From Spirochaetales bacterium (GTDB lineage Bacteria; Spirochaetota; Spirochaetia; UBA9216): a stretch of DNA of 64,000 bases. Of this stretch, positions 50,818-58,248 are shown one piece after another. The DNA lies in contig JAEKNX010000002.1 of NCBI GenBank assembly GCA_016839055.1, positions 377,451 through 441,450 on the forward strand, given 5' to 3'. Position 1 is the stretch's first letter, and every line of letters starts with the position of its first letter. The position numbers were made by a program, and so were the translations under genes. The notes under the pieces were generated by a model. It had not been told where the DNA came from, made no database searches, and saw only the letters and a list, made by a program, of their open reading frames with translations.

Positions 50818-52659
50818 TCAAACCTTCTTCACTGCGTCAAACCTGCAGACTTCAAAACATATGCCGCATTTCACACATTTCGCTGTATCTATGGTGTGAA
50901 CCTCTTTTTTCCGCCCTTCGATGGCTTGATATGGACATTTCACCTGGCAGAGCATGCAGCCGGTACATTTTTCATTGTCAATTTTATATTGAAAAAGGCT
51001 GCGGCAGACACCGGGGCTGCACTTTTTATCGACAATATGCTCCATATACTCATCCTTGAAGTAACGCAGGGTACTTAAGACCGGATTAGGTGCTGTTTTT
51101 CCTAGGGCACAGAGAGAGCTGTCCTTCACCATTTCTCCTATCTCCTCGAGGGCCGCCAAATCTTCTTCTTTTCCTTTGCCCTCAGTTATCCGGGTGAGAA
51201 TGGAAAGAAGCTGCCACAGGCCTTCCCTGCAGGGAGTGCATTTACCGCAGGATTCTTCGACGAGGAAGGACAGATAGAATCTCGCTACTTCCACCATGCA
51301 GGTGTCCTCGTCCATCACGATAAGACCTCCGGATCCCATCATCGAGCCGAGGCTTGTGAGTTCATCGAAATCTACCGACCTGTCAAGATACTGCCCGGGG
51401 ATGCAGCCGCCCGAAGGTCCTCCTGTCTGGATTGCCTTGAACTCCCGGCCGCCTGGAATCCCGCCTCCGATATCGAATACAATCTCACGGAGAGACATTC
51501 CCATCGGAACCTCAATGAGTCCGGTGTTCCTGACTTTGCCGACGAGCGAGAAGATCTTTGTGCCCTTGCTGCCCGGGGTTCCGATCTTATTGAACCAGGC
51601 GGCGCCCCGGTTAATGATGATTGGAATATTAGCCCAGGTTTCGACATTGTTCAGGTTGGTCGGCAGGTTGTAAAGGCCGCTTTCGGTGGTGTGAATGTGC
51701 TTTGTGCGGGGCTCGCCGCTGTAACCCTGCAGAGACTGCATCAGCGCGGTTGACTCACCGCAGACGAAGGCTCCGCCTCCTTTTGTTACTTCAATGTCGA
51801 AGGATAACTCCGATCCGAGAATTTTCTCACCGAGCAGGCCCCATTTTCTGGCATCGGCTATCGCCTTGATAATGTTTTCAACTGCAAGCGGATATTCGGC
51901 ACGGACATAGATTCGGCCTTCCCTGGCGCCGATCGCAAAGGCTCCGATTAGCATTCCTTCAATAACCGAGTGAGGGTTGCCCTCCAGCAGGGATCTATCC
52001 ATATAGGCTCCGGGATCTCCTTCATCCGCGTTGCAGACAACGTATTTCGAGCTGCCTGGGGCAATGCGGCAGGACTTCCATTTCTTGCCTGTCGGGAAAC
52101 CTCCGCCGCCCCGTCCGCGGAGGCCGGATTTTTCCACCTCTCCGATCACTTCTTCCGGGCTCAGATCCGATAGAACCCTTGTCAAAGCGGAATAGCCGCC
52201 CGTGATTATATAATCCTCTATGCTTTTTGGATCGATATGACCGTTCTGGGCGAATACCAGCCTTTGCTGTTTCTCATAAAAAGGAATATCGTTTTCTTTT
52301 ATCAGTTTACGGCCGGTTTCTGGATCTTCATACAGGAGGCGTTCGATCACTTCTCCGTTTTTAAGGGATTTCTCTACTATTTCATCAATATCAGACGGCT
52401 GGATGCGCTGGTAAAAAATATTTTCAGGCCTGATAACCATTAAGGGCCCGTTTTCACACAGGCCGTGGCAGCCGGTTTCCTTGATTGTGATATCGATATT
52501 TTTTTCAGTAACGGTCTTCCGGAGCAGGACCAGCAGTTTTTCCGATTCGCTGGCCCGGCAGCCGGTTCCGCCGCAGAGGGATACTGTCCGGAGAGTAGAT
52601 TTTTTCTCAGTAAGATGAGTCCTTACCGAAACAAGCTGTTCGTTTCCTGTCAGTTTCAT
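50818..52659 (-). CDS. nuoF: NuoF/HydB-like FMN- and NAD(P)H-binding subunit (CODH-associated)
   Basis: SGLRGRGGGGFPTG, NADEGDPGAYMDR, GGPSGG, CGKCTPCR and C-terminal 2x4Fe-4S. Confidence 0.93.
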   Translation of the reverse strand: MKLTGNEQLVSVRTHLTEKKSTLRTVSLCGGTGCRASESEKLLVLLRKTVTEKNIDITIKETGCHGLCENGPLMVIRPENIFYQRIQPSDIDEIVEKSLKNGEVIERLLYEDPETGRKLIKENDIPFYEKQQRLVFAQNGHIDPKSIEDYIITGGYSALTRVLSDLSPEEVIGEVEKSGLRGRGGGGFPTGKKWKSCRIAPGSSKYVVCNADEGDPGAYMDRSLLEGNPHSVIEGMLIGAFAIGAREGRIYVRAEYPLAVENIIKAIADARKWGLLGEKILGSELSFDIEVTKGGGAFVCGESTALMQSLQGYSGEPRTKHIHTTESGLYNLPTNLNNVETWANIPIIINRGAAWFNKIGTPGSKGTKIFSLVGKVRNTGLIEVPMGMSLREIVFDIGGGIPGGREFKAIQTGGPSGGCIPGQYLDRSVDFDELTSLGSMMGSGGLIVMDEDTCMVEVARFYLSFLVEESCGKCTPCREGLWQLLSILTRITEGKGKEEDLAALEEIGEMVKDSSLCALGKTAPNPVLSTLRYFKDEYMEHIVDKKCSPGVCRSLFQYKIDNEKCTGCMLCQVKCPYQAIEGRKKEVHTIDTAKCVKCGICFEVCRFDAVKKV

Positions 52660-53108
52660 TGCGAGGTGAACTCCTGAAAGATTTTCTCTACCTTGGCCGG
52701 GGTTATATGTCCGTTGTATTTTTTATTAATAACCATTATTGGACCCAGGGCGCAGGCTCCCAGACAATTAACTGTCTCGAGGGAAAAACTGCCGTCTGCG
52801 CTGGTTTCTCCATTTTTAATACCCAGGCTGCGTTCAATTTCCTCCAGTATCCGCCCTGCACCGCGGACGTGACAGGCAGAACCCATGCAGACTTTGACGA
52901 TATTGCGTCCCTTGGGTTTGAGTGAGAAAACATTATAGAAGGTGGCCACCGAATAGACATGATGAAGGGGCAGACTTAAGCCTGCTGCTACTTTTTTGAT
53001 ACTGTCTTCGGAAAGAAAATTGAACTCTTCCTGTATTTCCTGTAGAATCGGAATCAATGATTCCGGCGTCAGGGGGAAATCAGCTATAATCTTTCCTACT
53101 TTTTTCAC
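52656..53108 (-). CDS. nuoE: NuoE/HydC-like 2Fe-2S subunit
   Basis: VATFY, VCMGSACHVRG and CLGACALGP motifs; ATGA overlap with nuoF. Confidence 0.93.
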   Translation of the reverse strand: MKKVGKIIADFPLTPESLIPILQEIQEEFNFLSEDSIKKVAAGLSLPLHHVYSVATFYNVFSLKPKGRNIVKVCMGSACHVRGAGRILEEIERSLGIKNGETSADGSFSLETVNCLGACALGPIMVINKKYNGHITPAKVEKIFQEFTSQ

Positions 53109-53111
53109 TCT

Positions 53112-53642
53112 TTATTTCTCCAATGCCTCGCTCTGCACCATGGATACTCTGAATTTGCTTATAACTTCCTTTCTTCTGTCCGCCGTGATATCTTCAACAC
53201 TGGTGAAGCGGATGGCTTTAGTGGGGCAGGCGGCGGCACAGGCGGGTATTTTCCCTTCTTCCAGTCTGTCTATACATAGATCACATTTTGATAATGATAT
53301 TGCCTGCGGAACTGCCTTTATTATTCCGAAGGGACAGACCATCACGCAGGCATTGCATCCGATGCATTTATCCATGTTTAATACAACCGGTTCGTCCGGC
53401 CCGCTTCTATCCATGGCAGCTGTTGGACAGACTGTAATGCAGGGGGCGTCGGTGCAGTGACGGCAGTGCATCGGGATAACATCATCGCCGTCTGTTTCGA
53501 GAATAATCCTGGGGTAGAGACGTTCGCTGCTGTAGAGCGCTTCTACAAGAGTATTGCTTTTTGAGTGAGCCAGGGCGCATTCGAGTTCACATGTGTGACA
53601 ACCCTGACATCTGCTGATAACTACCTCAATTATACTGTTCAT
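53112..53642 (-). CDS. cooF: CooF-type 4x[4Fe-4S] electron-transfer protein
   Basis: CQGCHTCELEC, CRHCTDAPC, CIGCNACVMVC and KCDLC...PACAAAC motifs. Confidence 0.88.
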   Translation of the reverse strand: MNSIIEVVISRCQGCHTCELECALAHSKSNTLVEALYSSERLYPRIILETDGDDVIPMHCRHCTDAPCITVCPTAAMDRSGPDEPVVLNMDKCIGCNACVMVCPFGIIKAVPQAISLSKCDLCIDRLEEGKIPACAAACPTKAIRFTSVEDITADRRKEVISKFRVSMVQSEALEK

Positions 53643-53646
53643 ACTA

Positions 53647-55572
53647 TCACTCCTGGTCCAGCACCTTTAGTGCCTGCTCATAGACCATGGGTTTGAGCTT
53701 AAGGAGTTTTCTTTTTTTATCGATGTGTCTGATCATTTTATGAGCGGCTTTGACGGGATCCTCTTCAAAGGCCCATTTGCCGCCGACTTCTGCTTCGATT
53801 TCATCGGTAAGGTAATTAAACATTTTTTTGCTGCCCATCATCGGAAGAGGCTTGCCTATCATGGTATATACACCCGAGGCTACAAAATAGAAACCGATTG
53901 AAACGGCTTTTTCACTCATCCATTCCGGCGCGGCGCCGGCCGCCGGCAGATCGGAGATGTCATTTCCAAGACCGCCTTCGGCTACGATATTGGACAGAAC
54001 CCGCAGGATGCGGCTGTTATCCACACATGAACCCATGTGCAGCACCGGAGGAATGCCAACTGTACGGCAGATTTCCTGCAGACCCTTTCCCGCGTATTTA
54101 AAAGCTGATTCTGGCTGCAGCAGTCCGTGCTTCGCACAGGATATGGCATTGCAGCCGGTGACAACCACCAGTACATCGTTTTTAATCAGTTCCTTGACCA
54201 TCTGGATATGGCCGCTTTCGTAAGGCACATTCGGATTTGAGCAGCCGATAACGCCCGCGGCTCCCCTCAGGCGGCCTTCTTTGATAGCGTTGTTCAGCGG
54301 CCGGTAGGTGGCCCTGTATTTTCCGCCGAGAAAATCAAATACCGATTCGGCGGTAAAACCCGCTACCATCGGCTCTTTCTCCGACGGCAGATAGACAGAT
54401 TCTTTATTTCGTCTGGAATAATTGTCTATAGCAATCTCTATTATCTCTTTGGAGGTCTTAATCGCGTCTGTCTCATGGAATTCTATATGCTTCACTCCGG
54501 GAATCTTTGCCTTATCCGAAGTTGTCACGAGTTCGGTATGAAAACAATCCGCTACTGCCTTAAGGCCGGGCATTATACACTGCACATCGACAATCATCAT
54601 GTCGACGACTCCTGTCATGATCGCGAGTTCCTGCTGCAGAAAACTACCGGCAACCGGAATTCCTCGTCTCATCAGAATTTCATTGGCTGTACAGCATATT
54701 CCAGCTATGTTTATCCCTGTAGCTCCTGCATCCTTTGCCTTTTTATCCATCTCATCAGAGGTGGCTATCTCGGCTATGATGTCGGAGAGGGCAGGTTCAT
54801 GACCGTGTACAATAACGTTTATTTTAGCTTCATCCATAACACCGAGGTTGGCGCTTGATTTCAGGGGGTTAGGTGTACCGTACAGAATGTCTTGAAGTTC
54901 AGTGGCCACCATTGACCCGCCCCAGCCGTCGGCGAGGGACGTCCTCATTCCATGATTTATCAGATGACGGTATTCGGCATCCACTCCCATATGGGTACGG
55001 TGCATGGTTTCGACAACTTCTCTGTCGATGCTGCGGGGCATAATGTTTAGTTCTTTCCATAGTTTTATTCTGGTTTCCGGAGCGGTTCCTGCTGTCTTTA
55101 GAAATCCATCCTGCCGGCCGAATTCATTTTTTGCTTCGCTTACCAGGTCGAGTGCTATCTCTTTTGCGCTTCGATCTTTTGTTTTTAAGCCGTAGATCTC
55201 GGCGACTGCCCTTAGTTTTGCTTCATCTTTGATTTTGTATGCTGAATCTCCTTCGGCTGCCATCTGAAGAGTATGAACAACGGTTCGGCCGTGATCCGAG
55301 TGGGCGGCAGCACCGGCGGCGATCATACGGCAGAGATGCCGGGCCGCAATGGTATCTGCGTCGGCTCCGCAAACTCCCACCTGGGGCCCATCCCCGAATG
55401 GATCAATTCGGCAGGGCCCCATGGAGCAGTGCCGGCAGCATAAACCAAGCTGCCCGAACCCGCACTGGGGCTGCATGGCCTCGAACCTGTCCCAGACTGT
55501 CTGCATATTCTCTTTTGCGGCAAATTTAATCATTTTTTGAGTGGCTTCATCGGAAAACGAATGGTCCATCAT
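53647..55572 (-). CDS. cooS: Anaerobic Ni-CO dehydrogenase catalytic subunit (AcsA/CooS)
   Basis: CGFGQLGLCCRHCSMGPC (D/B clusters); C-cluster ligands HGHEP, CCTANE, DVQC, GCSN, TGC and GSCVD; AHSDH and MSEKA. Confidence 0.97.
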   Translation of the reverse strand: MMDHSFSDEATQKMIKFAAKENMQTVWDRFEAMQPQCGFGQLGLCCRHCSMGPCRIDPFGDGPQVGVCGADADTIAARHLCRMIAAGAAAHSDHGRTVVHTLQMAAEGDSAYKIKDEAKLRAVAEIYGLKTKDRSAKEIALDLVSEAKNEFGRQDGFLKTAGTAPETRIKLWKELNIMPRSIDREVVETMHRTHMGVDAEYRHLINHGMRTSLADGWGGSMVATELQDILYGTPNPLKSSANLGVMDEAKINVIVHGHEPALSDIIAEIATSDEMDKKAKDAGATGINIAGICCTANEILMRRGIPVAGSFLQQELAIMTGVVDMMIVDVQCIMPGLKAVADCFHTELVTTSDKAKIPGVKHIEFHETDAIKTSKEIIEIAIDNYSRRNKESVYLPSEKEPMVAGFTAESVFDFLGGKYRATYRPLNNAIKEGRLRGAAGVIGCSNPNVPYESGHIQMVKELIKNDVLVVVTGCNAISCAKHGLLQPESAFKYAGKGLQEICRTVGIPPVLHMGSCVDNSRILRVLSNIVAEGGLGNDISDLPAAGAAPEWMSEKAVSIGFYFVASGVYTMIGKPLPMMGSKKMFNYLTDEIEAEVGGKWAFEEDPVKAAHKMIRHIDKKRKLLKLKPMVYEQALKVLDQE

Positions 55573-55660
55573 TTTTCTCCCTTTTTTTATATAAGCTTAA
55601 GGTGAAAAATACATCCGAAATGGACTTAATGCTCAGGCCTGATAACCCGGATTCATAATA

Positions 55661-55689
55661 ATCGTAAACCGAATTATCAAATAATGCAA
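55661..55689 (-). promoter_or_regulatory. Sigma70-type promoter of the cooS-acs operon
   Basis: Minus strand TTGCAT(55689-84)-N17-TACGAT(55666-61). Confidence 0.5.
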
Positions 55690-55766
55690 CTTTAAGATTA
55701 ATATTTTGATATTTAACCCGACATGATTAGATGTTTGGTTAAAAGTTTTCATTTATTTCTTATATT

Positions 55767-56552
55767 TCAGTTTTTAGAGGTTATTTTGCTGATTTCTGTT
55801 AAAATCTGATTGAACTCCTCAAGGGAACCTTCTGTCAGTGCATCCAGAATTGAGACCCCTGGTCTGTCGGCCTTCCGGAACTCCTCCCTGAAGGAGATAA
55901 ATCCGAGTATTTTCGCATCGGGCAGGGCTTTTTTTATGAATTCCCGGTCATCCTGCTCCTTTATTTTATTGCCGACAACATAAACTCTCAATAGACCGAT
56001 TTCTCCAGATAGCTCAAATATTTTTCGGGCACATTCAATCGACATCTGTCCCGGTTCGACGACGACCAGCATTATATCGACTCCGCCTGCCGTTGCTCTG
56101 CCGAGATGTTCGATCCCCGCCTCCATGTCCAGGAGTAATGTCTCATCCTTATGCAGAATAAGGTCCCGGACCAAAGCCCGGAGCAGAACGTTTTCAGGAC
56201 AGGCGCAGCCGCCCCCGCCTCTGCGGATTGCTCCGAGGACCAGAAGGGAGATTCCCCTGTAGAGGGTTGCGTAGGTATCACTGATATCCGATACTTCGGG
56301 GTTCAGTTTAAACATCTGGCCGTATTGATTGACCTTAGCCCCTGTACGCTCTTCAATCAGTTCTGTCTGTTTCGATATGGGAATGATCTTATCCTGCATT
56401 TCACGGGGCATCCCCAGAGCTGCGGCCAGGTTAGCGTCGGGATCGGCATCAATGGCAAGCACCTTGTTTCCCTTTTCAGTTAAAAGAAGGGCCAGGGCGG
56501 AGGAGATAGTCGACTTTCCGACGCCGCCTTTTCCAGTGATCGCTATTTTCAT
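55767..56552 (-). CDS. cooC: CooC nickel-insertion ATPase (CODH-associated)
   Basis: GKGGVGKS, DADPDANL, GGGGCACP and DMEAGIEHLGR motifs; SD AGGAGGAG. Confidence 0.94.
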   Translation of the reverse strand: MKIAITGKGGVGKSTISSALALLLTEKGNKVLAIDADPDANLAAALGMPREMQDKIIPISKQTELIEERTGAKVNQYGQMFKLNPEVSDISDTYATLYRGISLLVLGAIRRGGGGCACPENVLLRALVRDLILHKDETLLLDMEAGIEHLGRATAGGVDIMLVVVEPGQMSIECARKIFELSGEIGLLRVYVVGNKIKEQDDREFIKKALPDAKILGFISFREEFRKADRPGVSILDALTEGSLEEFNQILTEISKITSKN

Positions 56553-56663
56553 TTTCTCCTCCTTTTTGCTCTTGTTTCATTATAAGTCACTGATTAAATA
56601 TTTCTCAAGGAAAATCGTTTTTAATAAATGACAATTCAATTTCTCTCTTATACAATTACAGGT

Positions 56664-57266
56664 ATGGAAGAGCAAAAAAAAGCATATTGGGAACCTAAGC
56701 TGTGGGAAGAATTAAGGTCACAGGATCCGGCGAGGATCTGTGAGCGATCCGGGGCTGATTATGATCCCGGCGGATTCTATGAGATCAGCTCTCTGGACAG
56801 AAGGGTAAGGATCTATCCAGAGGAAGAACGGCTGGAGTCCGACGATTTGGAACTTGCTTCCAGCATGGAATATCAGCTGCTCTTGGTTTCTTATCTCCTC
56901 TATGCCCAGAATATTGATCCGACAGGGGAATGGGTGTCGGAAAAGGATCTAAAGGGCGGCAGTCTCTTCTTTCGCGGTCCCCACGCGGTTCCCTCTGCTC
57001 CTCTGGAAAGACAGTTCGGTAGTGATGCCAAGGGATTCCGGGAGAAAGCACTCACCCTCGGCGGCCGCCCCGCAGAATTCGGGGACCTGTCGATGGTTTT
57101 TCAAATCCTGCCCCGTATTTCATTTGCCGTTGTTCTGTGGGTTAAAGATGAGGAATTTCCGGCCCGCGTCACATTCATGTTCGATTCATCGATTGATGCC
57201 CATCTGCCCCTGGATGTGATATTTGCCATGACGCAGGCGGCTGCTCAAAAACTGCTGGGCGAATAG
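56664..57266 (+). CDS. DUF3786 domain protein
   Basis: LLVSYLL, GEWVSEKDLKGGSLFFRGPH, LPRI and DEEFPARVTFMFD motifs. Confidence 0.85.
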   Translation: MEEQKKAYWEPKLWEELRSQDPARICERSGADYDPGGFYEISSLDRRVRIYPEEERLESDDLELASSMEYQLLLVSYLLYAQNIDPTGEWVSEKDLKGGSLFFRGPHAVPSAPLERQFGSDAKGFREKALTLGGRPAEFGDLSMVFQILPRISFAVVLWVKDEEFPARVTFMFDSSIDAHLPLDVIFAMTQAAAQKLLGE

Positions 57267-57286
57267 TCTCGGCGGCATCCCGGCCG

Positions 57287-57583
57287 TCAATCCGGCTCTG
57301 AAAAATGGTCTCTGAACATGTAATAATTACTCCATCTTGATGTGCCCAAGAGGGCGCTGTCCTTGATAATACGTTCTCAGAGCAAGGAGGGGGTGAATCT
57401 GAGGTTGCCTCCGGCGTTGTCGGTGATTGAATTCCAGTCTACTCTTTCATCTCTGCAAAGATCGTCAAGGAACTCTATTGCCTTGTTGTGGGATTCAGGC
57501 ACAGCTATACCGCGGGATGGAACGATTTATGAACCGATAAGGAAATCATCGGTTTCTTTAAACAAGTTCTTCAGTTTAGTCAA
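57287..57583 (-). pseudogene. metF: Remnant of methylenetetrahydrofolate reductase (MetF, probably a MetF-MetV fusion)
   Basis: SD AAAGGAGG plus TTG. Reads MTKLKNLFKETDDFLIGS*IVPSRG...RVDWNSITDNAGGNLRFTPSLL*ERIIKDSALLGTSRWSNYYMFRDHFSEPD*, with stops at 57527-29 and 57377-79. Confidence 0.75.
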
Positions 57584-57672
57584 AGACCTTCCTCCTTTCA
57601 GACGTTAGAGGAGTTTTCAGCGCATTACTATAATAAAGATAAAAAACTGATAAGAGAAAGCAAGGCTCTTTA

Positions 57673-58248
57673 TTAATAAATTGTATTAATAATGCGCTGA
57701 AAATCCTTTTGAGAGTTAATATTGACAAATGAGCTGTAATCAGGGTCCAGGCTGCGGATAATATCATCTTCAGCGTACTTTACCCGGACATACTCATAGA
57801 ATGAAATTATCCGCCGTTTCGGAAGAGTTTTTTCGATGAAAGGAATACAGCTTTTACGGTAGGCCGCGAACAGGGGTTCGGTATAGCCTCCGTGGTGAGG
57901 AACGTGCGCATCGTAATCTCCGATTTTCTTCACAAGCCAGGCCACGAGGGCGGGACTCATGAAAGGCGAATCTACAGTCGTTACAAAATTTATATTCGAA
58001 CTGCTTTCCCTCAGCCCGCTGTAGAGACCCATGAGCGGACCCTGTCCCGGTTTTTCATCGGTGATGATGCGGGCGGGGATGTTTCGGTAGGCTTCGGTTT
58101 TATTTACTACTACTATTATCTCTTTGAACATTGGGGATAGCTGTCTAATTTTGCGCTCAATAAAGGGTTCGCCTTCAATTGTCAAAAAGGCTTTATCAAG
58201 GCCGCCTATTCTCTCTCCATTGCCGCCTGACAGGATGATACAGGTCAT
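57673..58248 (-). CDS. mobA: Molybdenum cofactor guanylyltransferase
   Basis: IILSGG..R.G..DKA, GPLMGLYSGL, EPLFAAY and FVNIN motifs; coupled to fdhF. Confidence 0.92.
   Translation of the reverse strand: MTCIILSGGNGERIGGLDKAFLTIEGEPFIERKIRQLSPMFKEIIVVVNKTEAYRNIPARIITDEKPGQGPLMGLYSGLRESSSNINFVTTVDSPFMSPALVAWLVKKIGDYDAHVPHHGGYTEPLFAAYRKSCIPFIEKTLPKRRIISFYEYVRVKYAEDDIIRSLDPDYSSFVNINSQKDFQRIINTIY

Noticed and set aside
57377-57379. In-frame TGA as possible selenocysteine recoding
   Set aside because: The same frame has an earlier TAA, the position is not an evident Cys site, and no SECIS-like hairpin was seen; decay explains it better.
57342-57608. Plus-strand 88-aa ORF in the track
   Set aside because: It is the antisense shadow of the metF remnant; no SD or recognisable motif.
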